Assembly (NCBI RefSeq): GCF_006345805.1
Contig: NC_042999.1
Coordinates: forward strand, 36,084,001 to 36,148,000
DNA length: 64,000 nt
Direction: 5' to 3'
Source of the DNA: Octopus sinensis
Taxonomy: Eukaryota
A program made the translations under genes and the position numbers. Numbering within the stretch: the stretch's first letter is position 1; the number at the start of each line of letters is the position of its first letter. Shown in pieces: positions 53,417 to 64,000 of this stretch. The notes under the pieces are model-generated. The model worked only from the letters and a program-made list of their open reading frames with translations, ran no database searches and had not been told where the DNA came from.

Positions 53417-53714
53417 TGGAGGCGCAATGGCCCAGTGGTTAGGGCAGCGGACTCGCAGTCGGAGGATAACGGTTTTTGATTCCCAGACTAGGTGTTGTGT
53501 GTGTTTATTGAGCGAAAACACCTAAAAGCTGCACAAGGCTCCAACAGGGGGTGGTGGCGACCTCTGTTGTACTCTTTCGCCCCAACTTTCTCGCACTGTT
53601 TCTTGAGTAACGCTGTGATGGACTGGCGTCCCGTCCAGCTGGGGGGGAACACATATACCATAGAAACTGGGCCCATGAACCTGGCTAGGCTTGAAAAGGA
53701 TGCATAAATAAATA
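53417..53714 (+). mobile_element. tRNA-derived SINE, family D, nested in a family-B SINE
   Basis: Head tggaggcgcaatggcccagtggttagggcagcgg, (TAAA)n tail, TSD aaggcagtg/aaggcaatg (53408-53416, 53715-53723). Confidence 0.85.
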
Positions 53715-54045
53715 AAGGCAATGCCCCAGTATGGCCACAGTCTAACAACCGAAACAAGTTAAAAAAGAGAAATCACTCCAAAAAGTAAGATAGATGAAGA
53801 AATGAAATAGCTCAACAAAACTTAGAATCTAACAATCTATAAACCAATCTTAAACCTTGCATGTAAAGTGAAAGGAGCTCAAATCAAATTAAAGAATAGC
53901 ATGTAGTAGAGAAATGAATCTGTGAACTATCAGAACTAATAACATTTCTAATAAAATCTGATAAATATTAATAACCGTTCTATTTTCTTTTAAGAAATTT
54001 AATGCTTCCTCATTATAAATAGAGTTCATAGAAAAGATAACTCAC

Positions 54046-54551
54046 CTCACAAGCAAACGGCTTTTCTCCCGTGTGCTTGCGGACATGTCGTGTTAAATCT
54101 GCTGGACTCTTCTTCACAATGCCACAGTATGGACAAGTGCGGTCCTGTGAAGACAGGCCGAAGCTTACATCCACCCCTAAGGACGATTCTGTTGATTTCT
54201 GGGCATTTAAGCGACAATTTCGTAAACTTCGTCGCAGTTGTCGTGCACCGCTTTCGGTACTTTTCGGATCACATGAAAGCAGTTTCGATTCTTGTTCACT
54301 TGTTTTCTTATCATATTTATCACGATTTTTCACATTCTTATCACAGTTTTTAGCAACAGTCTTGACAGCTTCATCAGCTAGAGAGGAACCTTCTACTATT
54401 GTATCACTATCACTGGTGTCTGCTTTTCTGAGGGAATCATCCTCATCGTCAGTAGCAGTTGGCTCTTCAACTCTCTCATTCTGGGTGGAGTTGTCTTTAG
54501 ACTTACGGCTGGTAGACTCTAAAGAACTTTGTTCTAGTGAAACACCTTCAT
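54046..54551 (-). CDS. Multi-zinc-finger gene, first visible coding exon (internal; acidic Ser-rich region, ZF1 and the start of ZF2)
   Basis: Acceptor ...ctctgttttcag|AT GAA (phase 1) and donor TGT GAG|gtgagt (phase 0). 506 nt. Encodes CPYCGIVKKSPADLTRHVRKH followed by the canonical linker TGEKPF and ACE. It has no in-frame Met, so upstream exons are required. Confidence 0.93.
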
Positions 54552-54619
54552 CTGAAAACAGAGAGAATATAGAGATGCTCAGAAATATAAAAATATACTG
54601 AAACACTTTATAAATGACA

Positions 54620-54651
54620 ACAACAACAACAATAATAATAATAATAATAAC

Positions 54652-54698
<47 letters not shown>

Positions 54699-55230
54699 TA
54701 ATAATCCTTTCTACTATAGGCACAAGGCCTGGATTTTTGTAGGGAGGAGGACAATTGATCACATCGACCCCAGTACTTGACTGGTATTTAATTTATTGGC
54801 CTTGAAAGGATGAAAGGCAAAGTCGACTGGTGGAATTTGAATTTAGAATGTAGTGACAGATGAAGTACCACGAAGCATTTCACCCAGCGTGCTAACAATT
54901 CTGCTACCTTGCCACCTTAATGATAATGATAATAATAATGACAAAGATAATAGTTTCTGATTTAGAGACAAGGCCAACTATTTTGAGGAGAGAGGATTAG
55001 TCAATATCATTGACTCCAGTACTTGACTAGTACTTTATTTTATTAACCCCAATAAGATGGAAGCAAAGTTGATCTTGGTGAGATCAAAACTAAGAACAAA
55101 TAAAAGCATTTGATGATGATAATACATGGTTTCAAATTTTGGCCCAAGGTTTGCAAGTTTATGGGGAGGGGGTGAGTCAATTACATCAACCCCAGTGCTC
55201 AACTGCTATTTATTTTATTGACCCTGAAAG
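54620..55230 (-). mobile_element. Array of about 3 copies of the (ATT)n-tailed SINE with a long AAT tract
   Basis: (AAT)n at about 54630-54700, a near-complete copy at 54705-54920, then further partial copies. Confidence 0.85.
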
Positions 55231-55234
55231 GTTG

Positions 55235-55397
55235 GATGGCTTGATAGGAGCTGGCAAGGCCAGGGGCCACACCAGGTTCTATAGTCTGTTTTGGCTTGGT
55301 TTCTACAGCTGGATGCCCTTCCTAACACCAACCACATCAGAATGTACTGAGTAGTTTTTACATGGCACCAGCACCAATGCTTTTTACATGGCACCTT
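55235..55397 (-). mobile_element. Older RTE 3'UTR fragment
   Basis: ctacagctggatgcccttcctaacaccaacc...tttttacatggcacc twice, reverse orientation. Confidence 0.7.
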
Positions 55398-55796
55398 GGA
55401 TATCAATTCTTTGAGGTGGATGAGTCTTCTTGAGTACAGCAATGTACCACACACCTGTCTTTTATCATTTCCTTTGTAAGGCACGATATTTTGGAAATGA
55501 CAAAGGACTGAGAAAAAAATACTAGAGAACTCTTGAAATACTTTCCATGTCTCAGGAGACCTCCAGATAAAAAAATTAATATGTACTTTCATTAATTTTT
55601 CGTAAAGTTAAATTTCCCAAGTAATTTAACAAAACATAAAATTGTCTTTGAAAGGTTTGGCACTGCTAAATCTATCAAATATTACAAAAAATGGTTTAAG
55701 AAATTTCATCTTTACTGAGACCTTGTTAAATCTAAATTTCCCGACAATTCCCTATCAAGACTTCATTTCTTTTCCATTAGGGTCTCTTACTCATGC

Positions 55797-55995
55797 CAGG
55801 ATTTCCCAACATGAAGGAATATGTTGAGCTTGTAATAATAAAATTATGAACACAGAATTAAACACATAAATTATTCACAAATGCATTTGTTATTTAAGTT
55901 ATTTATTGGGTTTTTTTTGTTTGTTTTTATGGAACCCCTAAATACTTCTTACAAAATCCTAGGGTTCTAAAATTTTGCAAGAGTTGGAAATCACT
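55797..55995. mobile_element. Possible hAT-like MITE remnant
   Basis: Ends caggatttcccaac and gttggaaatcact resemble Charlie-type TIRs. No TSD verified. Confidence 0.3.
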
Positions 55996-56619
55996 AATTA
56001 CTGAGATTTTATCAAAGCATGCAAATAATTATATTTCACAAAGTACAATATGAAAGTTGTCAGTGGTAGTGATAGTGGTGGTTAAGGGTCTGAAAGGAAA
56101 CAGGGTAGAGAGATACACTCAAGGAGTAAGAGAAGTGAGTAAAAAAAAAAATAGATATAGAAAGAAAGGAGGAAGCCAAATCTGATTCATCTCATACTCT
56201 ACAATCTTAAAATACACACACACACACACACACACTGGATAAGGTAGTTTTAGATACATTGTACCTGAAACAAAATAAATCAAAAACAAAACAGGAGATG
56301 GACTCGAATGGGATGACTTTCATCAAAGGTCCACTTGACCGGGGTTGAGATGGGGCTAAACAACATTGGTTTTGTAAAGGGAAAGAAACTAGCAGTGCGA
56401 AACAGCATATATGTGTGTGTGTTTGTGTGTGAGTGTGTAGTTGAAATTTACAGAAAAGCAAAAGATGAAGACAGGTGTATAAACGTGAAACGGATGTGTT
56501 AGTTTAACGCTCAGGAAGGTGAGAAAATCTTTTACATTTCAAGCCTATGCTCTCCAGCAGAAAGGAACACGAGGAAATAAAGAGAGAGAGAATAAAAAAT
56601 CTTTTGGAGCTAGCGGTCA

Positions 56620-56661
<42 letters not shown>

Positions 56662-56666
<5 letters not shown>

Positions 56667-56832
56667 CTGGTGTGTTTACGTCCCCGTCACTTAGCGGTTC
56701 GGCAAAAGAGACCGACAGAATAAGTACTGGGCTTACAAAGAATAAGTTCCGGGGTCGATTTGCTCGACTAAAGGCGGTGCTCCAGCATGGCCGCAGTCAA
56801 ATGACTGAAACAACTAAAAGAGTAAAAGAGTA
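56662..56832 (+). mobile_element. SINE family B 3' half, well preserved
   Basis: gatgctggtgtgtttacgtccccgtcacttagcgg...gactgaaacaactaaaagagtaaaagag, starting right after a (TA)n tract. Confidence 0.82.
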
Positions 56833-57749
56833 ATATATAGTTGCTCACTACATTTACAGTCCTTACAGTTAGAGACTCATGGTGGTAAGTGGATAAGAGT
56901 AGATATAGTGTTTCAGAGATCAAGGTTGATAGCTATAGTTACAGGGGATTTAAAAAAAAAAGAAAAACATTAGAAACAGGTAGTGGTCAGTGTTGTCAAA
57001 AATTATTCACTGGAGTATTTGACAATCTAGGATTGTCCCTTCCTCTGAGAGAGATAACACAACAGCTCTTCCTACTACTACTACTACTACTACTAAGTCA
57101 AAGTGAATGGAGTTGTCATTTTTGGCAATGAGGGTTCAGTTGTCTCTATCAACTCAATTGCCAGCTGGCTGAATTAGCAAGTGAGTAGCTGAGTATTTCA
57201 GATGGACATGTGTAGCTTTAATGTTATTCTAAGGCAGAATCAGTATAATACTGTGTACGACAAGACTGTATTGTTGAATTACTAGTACAATCCATCCAAT
57301 GGGCTTCCACAAAGGATTTGTCCAACCATTTTCACTCACAAGGAAATAGCAAAAGATACTTGCCTGAGATGCCATATGGTGAATGGCGAACCTCATGTTT
57401 GCAGGCTATACTTTTTAACTATTCAATTATACTGCAGCTGTATTACTACTACCACATCACTACTTCAGTATGTAATATTATTTTAATTATAAACCTGAGT
57501 TTAAAGAACTTAAATACATAAACAACATCTCCCAAATATATACGGTAATACTTTTCCATAAGAATTGGTAACAGGAAGGGCATCCAGCCTCAATGAAAGT
57601 ATGGAAAAGTGGACATTAAAATGGTGACAATGGTTTTTTTAAACAATTTCAAATAAAGGAAGCACATACCAATGTTATTTTGCATATTTTTGAACTAATG
57701 TCGAACAAATAACAGAAACTAACAAAGTCTTCTAAATTAAGTTACATCA

Positions 57750-58150
57750 TTAACAACTATATAATGCAATAATGCTGCTAACAGTTCTGTATGGTAGTGA
57801 AACATGAAGAGTGTCAGCAAAGGTGGCCATGAAGCTGGATATGTCCTACCAACAATGTCTACAGAAGATCTTCAAAGTCATTTGGCAAGATATAATTACA
57901 AACGTGGATATTATTCTCAGAAGCAAATCCTAGCCCCTACAAAACATTAGGACACCACATTGGTTTTGCTTGGCAGATCACAATTTACACTTGCCAACTA
58001 TTCAACATATGACACACAAAAACTGCAATGACATGGGCACCAAAAACAGAAAAACAAGGGTCAGCCCCAAAATACATAGAGATGGATAGCCCAGGAAGAC
58101 CTCAAATACACAAGAACCAGTTGGACAAGACATCAAAAAAAGAAAAACAG
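57750..58150 (+). mobile_element. Decayed RTE LINE fragment
   Basis: KLYNAIMLLTVLYGSET*...KLDMSYQQCLQKIFKVIWQDIITNVDI matches the RTE post-RT LYG.ETW / RCLR.I..I.W.D..TN motif. Confidence 0.75.
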
Positions 58151-59849
58151 ATGAAGAGCCAACCCAAGAACACCAGGAGCTGGATAGTCCATGAAGACCT
58201 CAGTTGCACAAGAACCAGTTGCAGAAGAGCAAAAAGAATTATAGCATACTGGCCACACAGGATGAATCTTGCTGTCTTCTGCATCTCACAAAAAGCCTAA
58301 TTAGTAGACGTATACATTGTATATCATTATATCCAAAGAGTTCAAAAGGAAAAGAATTAGCATTCTATTTAACAAAATACTTTAAATTTTTCAATTTACT
58401 TTTGATTTTTAACAATTATAATTGAAAAAATATATATACAAAACCATAGTTATCAACCTTATCTCTAGGGTGAGCAAAAATCTACCTCCTGATAGTAAAG
58501 TAGACCTGTTTGGGAATCCCTTTTGTAAGGTATTGTGTGACATAGTCTGGAACTAAGAATAATATATTTAAAGAATATATTTGTTGTTGTTTAGCTACAG
58601 ATCAGTCTTGATTGGATTTTAGATAGTGTATCTAGGAGTATATAACAATATACCTTCGTGATTTAAGGGAGATTTGACTGCTGTATCTGGCAAGTTGAGC
58701 AATGGGAATAGAAGCTCCTTCGCTGGTTCATAGGAAATATTGTTTGTTAACACTGGCGAAATATAAAGATATAGACTACATAATGTTGTCTGGCTGCAAC
58801 AATAAATAGCAAAATAACCTATTTCTCTTTATGAAGTTTGACAGTTTACCAATTAGACTAACTTCATTATTTGGTAAAATAATGAAAATGAATGGATTTT
58901 TACTCCATCAATGTGAAACAGTTATTACAATTAATGAAATGAATCAGTTGAAGAAATTAAGTTTTAGCTTCCATATATTGTAGGTCCAAAAACCACAGAC
59001 CTAATAATAAAACAATGTTACATTCTGATAAGAAAGTTTCAATTTAAAGAGCAATGCTAAAGTTTCAACTGATATTTGTTAGTTGTGTTTAACATGTAAC
59101 AAAGGTCTGGTGCTAGATGTAAGCATTTACTTTGATGAGAATATGGGAAAAGAGTTTATTGAAAATAAACGTGACTCCATGTGAAATTGAGGAAGATATA
59201 CAAACAGCACCAGGAGAGCCATATTTATTCTGAAGATCACATTACTAATTTGCAATGGTTTTTCTTCAATTGTCTTGACTCAGAATTTTCATCTGATTTA
59301 GGTCTACTTTCATTCTCACCCATTTCAATGCTAACCAGATTCACATTCTTTTCACAATACCAAGCACAAAATATTGATTTTGAAGAGATGAGTACACAGA
59401 CAATAAAAGTGGTCCCTAGTATATTACTGTTGAGAGTTTCAGTTATGACTAGGATATCAAATAGCTGTCTGTGAAGATCTAAAACTTTCTACTACATCAC
59501 TAGCACTGCATTATGCCAACACACTAACACTCGAAAAGAAAAGAAAAAGAAAAAATAGCACAAGCCAGGTTGCTGTAAATTGATACCATAAATAAAGCTT
59601 ATTTTGTTACAAACAACAGGAACATTCTACCATAGACCCAACACGTGTACTTATTGGCTTCTAATACTTAAACAAAATCCTACAGTTTGGAAAGCATCTT
59701 GGATACATTACATGAAGACAAGGTCTTCTGTGTTGACTTGGCAATTAAATAAGACTCTTCTTCATGGTTGGCACTCACAATCAAGTATGAATTGGTAGAA
59801 GTATTTTTTCTTTTTTAATATATACAGTGAAAGAACTTTAGAGATGTTT

Positions 59850-60100
59850 TGCTCCTTTTTGGGATTACAGACCAAAGGTGCTTGCATAAACCTGACCACA
59901 GGTATTGTAGAATACTATTGGCCAACCTGGTGTAGAGAATCTTGCTCTAGCCTTTTCTCTTCTTTCTTCTTGTTCCATCCAGTTCAATGCCACAACATTT
60001 ATTTCTGCCACTGTTTGCAGTCAGTTGCTGTTTACTCCCATGCAGTCACAATCAAGCCACTCATTTCATTGGAATGTTGTTTGATGACATCTTAATAACA
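59850..60100 (-). mobile_element. Highly decayed RTE 3' fragment (possible terminal zinc knuckle)
   Basis: Minus strand TCGQVYASTFGL resembles the RTE-type terminal CxxC..SRIGL motif. Confidence 0.4.
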
Positions 60101-61199
60101 GAGTTTCAGACTCCGCTTTGATAGCTTCTGCATATTTTTCATGGAATTCACTCATATCATATTACAGATAATATATTATCAAATGTAAATGGTGAAAGGT
60201 AAAATGAAATTTACTGCAAGTTATAATAAGAATTGTGGCATATCCAGCTTGTTAGAATTTGAACCACCACCCACCTACACATCATAGTGAACCCTTCTTG
60301 GTTCTATTGCTGGCCACCATACAGTAAAAACGTAAGTATGGAGAAGATTCTAGGGAACCAATGCTCTAGGAAGAAAGGACTGAGTATAGTGATTAGTGCA
60401 GGGCTGATGGGGGAGGTTAGATGCAATAAAGGAGATGAAAAGTGGAAAGTAAGCTGTGAGTTACAAGATCAGCTAACTAATAGGAATAGAGGCTATTATA
60501 GTAGTGATAGAAAAGACAGAGAGAAGGAACAGCACACCTGTGGGCTTGAACCTGGCATGTGCCTGTTAACAGAAAAATAACTAAGACTCTACTCTCATTA
60601 AAGAAGTGGCTATGCCCAAAATAGATATCATATGTGGCAGATATATATGAATACTTAGCAGTAAAATACACATGAAATTAATTCCTTCAGGTAGTCAGAA
60701 AGCTTTCTAGAATTAGCCAATAGATTTTATTACCTAGGTGATCTAATTAACAATGGAGCATTCTGAAAACAAAGCTGACAGAATAAGGATCACCATCATC
60801 AGCATCAACAACTGGATGTTACTATCTTGAGTCTTAGGAGTCATAGGGCCAGTTACCTAGTTTCCATGCTATGTAAGTGACCGAGATCATATTTCCTCTG
60901 AACAGGATGCCAGTTAGTTGCACAGATACTAATTTACAGCTGTTTACAGCAATTTAGAGCTGACTGGACTGGAGCAAGATGAAATGAAGATTTTTGCTCA
61001 AGAAAACAATGCACTGTCGAAGAATTGAAACCATGATCTTGTGATCATGAGTGCAAAGCTCTATCCAGTAAATGATGTGCCTTCATTTCAGAATAAGAAT
61101 GGGCAGCTGCTAGCAACAAAAGGCTTCTCTCTCAAAGTGAAGGGTAGATGGTATGATGATTGTGCAGAGTGCAGTAGATTTGCAAAATGCTGGAAAGAA

Positions 61200-61545
61200 A
61201 TAAAGCAGGCATAATCTTCTAGGTGTAGAATACATGATTGATGGAGCACAAATGGGCTGAAGGGGAAACTGGATATGATAGAAATCCTATGTGGTATGCA
61301 AAAGAGGAGACTGTGCTGGTATAGCTGTCTTGATGTATATGGAGGATGTCAGTTGAATAAAGAAGTGTTCGAGTGTTCAAAGCAGACAGAACTCGAGGAA
61401 GACGGAGATGAAGGGAGACGTGATGAAGCGTTGAAGACTGATCTCAAGATCTTGAACTTTATGAGAATGACAAAAGAACCATAACAAGTGACAAAACACG
61501 GTACTGGAGAGAACACCACCCAACCTATGCAAGGATGAGAAAAGA
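61200..61545 (+). mobile_element. Decayed RTE 3' end with a short 3'UTR
   Basis: MQKRRLCWYS and DEALKTDLKILN motifs. Ends acccaacctatgcaaggatg, similar to the ccaacccatgctagcatgg terminus of other copies. Confidence 0.6.
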
Positions 61546-62452
61546 ATTGAATGTATAAATGATGGCGGGTGAGTGTTGATAAAAAGTTGGAATAATATGT
61601 CCATACTGAGTTTCTGCAATGAACCATTTTTGCTACATTCTTTCTCTCCTCGCCCCACCATTATCTCTTCTACCTCTCACTAACATCCACCACTGATTTG
61701 CATACTATCACCCCTTGCTCTCCTTTTCTCTTTCTCCTCTCCTGTATTTTACACCTTCTATCACACATTACTGACATCCCATCACAATCCCCCACCTCTC
61801 TCTCTCTCTCTCCCACTCCCATTTCTTTTCCCATCATCTTGATTTCCTACTCTTACTGTCTTTCCCCCCCACCCGTAGTAAATTCTTAGCCAAATACCTA
61901 TTTGTTGGAGATGTTTAATATTTACACTTAAATCTCTCTCCTCCTTGCTTGTCACTAGACCGTCTCTTTACCAAGAACCATTCATGTAGCTGTTAATTAC
62001 TCCTTTCTCTATCACCCTCTCACTTGTTTCACTCTAGTTCTCTTATATTACCCTCACACTATGGTCCTCTTGTTCTCCTCTTGTAAGGGAAAGGAATGAG
62101 TGAAGGAAGAGAGATGAATGGAGACAACACAGATAGAAAAGGTTTTATTTAGTCTTGCCAGGGGTGACATGGGGTAACCTCTCTGTTGCCTGTGAATGAA
62201 CAGAGACATCACAGGACAGAAAGGACTCTTTAAGTCTTATGTGAGATAAAACAATTTCTCTAATGATGGTGCAACAATAAAATGCACTTAACAAGTTCTG
62301 TAATGTGGTTGGGTACAGGACGAGCAACCAGCCATATAAACTATACCAAAAAGTGTAACATACAAACAAGATTTAGTCCTTGGCTCAGTTGGGACAGTAA
62401 CTCTAAATGTGATCTGACTTGGTCGTAACGACCTATCCACCATATGCTAACA

Positions 62453-62846
62453 GTGGAGGCGCAATGGCCCAGTGGTTAGGGCAGCGGATTCGCGGTCCTA
62501 GGATCGTGGTTTCGATTCCCAGACCGGGCGTTGTGAGTGTTTATTGAGCGAAAACACCTAAAGCTCCACGAGGCTCCGGCAGGGGATGGTGGTGATCCCT
62601 GCTGTACTCTTTCACCACAACTTTCTCTCACTCTTACTTCCTGTTTCTGCTGTACCTGTATTTCAAAGGGCTGGCCTTGTCACTCTCTGTGTCACGCTGA
62701 ATATCCCCGAGAACTACGTTAAGGGTACACGTGTCTGTGGAGTGCTCAGCCACTTACACGTTAATTTCACGAGCAGGCTGTTCCGTTGATTCAGATCAAC
62801 CGGAACCCTCGTCGTCGTAACCGATGGAGTGCTTCTATTCCATTCT
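62453..62846 (+). mobile_element. tRNA-derived SINE with the family-D head and a different 3' half
   Basis: A-box TGGCCCAGTGG at 62465-62475, B-box GGTTTCGATTCCC at 62508-62520. 11-bp TSD atatgctaaca/atatgctgaca (62442-62452, 62847-62857). Confidence 0.87.
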
Positions 62847-63930
62847 ATATGCTGACATGGAAAGGTGGAAGTGAAACAATGACGGTAAATGTAAGTTAAC
62901 TCAAAGTTAGATCCAGTAATGAAAAGTATTAAGAACAGACTTCATCCAACATCCGATGAATGAGCTGCTTGTCCTATTAGAAATAGCAACAAAGTCTCCC
63001 ATAAATCAAAGCCACCCACTTAGAAAAAAAGAAACATTGTGAATAATGTAGTCTTGGATAGATTATGTCTGTTAAAATGAGATGGATAGTTATAGCTTGA
63101 ACACTTTTGATAAAAGGTCGGCTTAATCATGGCTGACTTGGGCTAAACAACATCCATTGAAAAGAGGCCATTAATATAACTAGGTAATACAAACAGTTTA
63201 AATGAATGATAGTTCATAAAGGTATGTACAGAACTGAACCAGATATACAAACAAGAAATAAGATTAAAAAGGACATAAAAATATGCATTGAGTGATTACT
63301 AATTGGATCAATGAACATCAGTTTTATAATAACCCTTCTCAAAACTATGGACATTGTAAACCTTACAATGATTTCATAGAAAGATGATGTTAGAGATAAA
63401 TATCTCCATGCCAGCCACTTATCATAGAGGCTTAGAAGCAGGATTTGTAGCATATTTCTAAAGGATAATCCTATAGGCTGTGGGATTTTCACTGACATTA
63501 AATCAAACATAAGGCATGTAGTATACAGAGTGCCATGAAGTTGTGATGGAATCTTTAATTTGAAGAAATGTGGTTTGAGAAAAACGAAAAACAAATATCT
63601 GGAATTATAATCTATAGTGAAACAACTTTAGGAGTAACACGTGGTAGTTAAAACTTTGAGAAATATGATTGAGAAGTCCACCCAAGTGGGTTGTTTAAAT
63701 AGTTAACTTAGCAATACAAGGAGGTACATGAAAGAAAGAGGACAATTATTCAAGGGCAAGATTATTTGAATTTAAAAGCTAAACTACATCTAAGTTGAAA
63801 GATTATACGTGACAATGTAGCAATGATGATTTTAGTAACAATAAAATCGATGGTCATAGTTTTACAATGCTCACTGAACATTATACATGCATATATATAT
63901 ATATATATATAATATACACACACACACACA

Positions 63931-64000
63931 CAGTAATCCTTTGACTATTGCAGGTGTTATGTTCCAAAATCCCCTGCGTTAGGTGAAAATTTGCAAAATA
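63931..64000 (+). mobile_element. Possible pogo/Tigger-like element end, truncated by the window edge
   Basis: cagtaatcctttgactattgcaggtgttatgttcc resembles the CAGT..CCCTCG.TTATCGCGG Tigger-type terminus. Confidence 0.4.

Noticed and set aside
14649-54551. Assigning a gene symbol (ZFAT, ZNF236, RREB1)
   Set aside because: The architecture is only loosely similar and orthology cannot be established from the sequence alone.
54552-54762. N-terminal extension of the 249-aa ORF (poly-Ile)
   Set aside because: It translates a SINE and its (ATT)n tail; a strong acceptor lies at 54551.
60734-60762. Possible 29-nt micro-exon upstream of the first visible exon
   Set aside because: It lies among repeat-derived sequence and has no supporting coding signal.
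62453-62530. Functional tRNA gene
   Set aside because: A and B boxes are present, but I see no closing acceptor stem or poly-T terminator. It continues into a SINE body with a TSD.

Overview
AT-rich, microsatellite- and transposon-dense eukaryotic genomic DNA. It is most likely an Octopus/coleoid cephalopod, inferred from the repeat landscape and not database-confirmed. One large minus-strand gene dominates. Five coding exons (54046-54551, 48819-49484, 42545-45120, 34170-34318, 14649-14857) join through canonical GT-AG sites with fully consistent phases. They encode a 5'-incomplete protein of at least 1367 aa with 11 spaced zinc fingers, two AT-hook-like motifs and a polyproline tract. No 5' exon was found in the window. 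Introns and flanks contain tRNA-derived SINEs (often stacked into arrays), 3' fragments of several RTE-clade LINEs, two TTAA-flanked piggyBac-like MITE families (one self-nested), a Tc1 remnant, a non-autonomous Helitron and a probable decayed hAT. Most notable: (i) duplicated finger-splitting introns make the AT-hook exon a frame- and finger-preserving cassette; (ii) near-identical inverted LINE 3'UTR copies could pair competitively around adjacent exons; (iii) a candidate phase-1 alternative exon lies in the linker before the RNA-binding-type C-terminal fingers. Nearly all other ORF-track entries are microsatellite or repeat artefacts.
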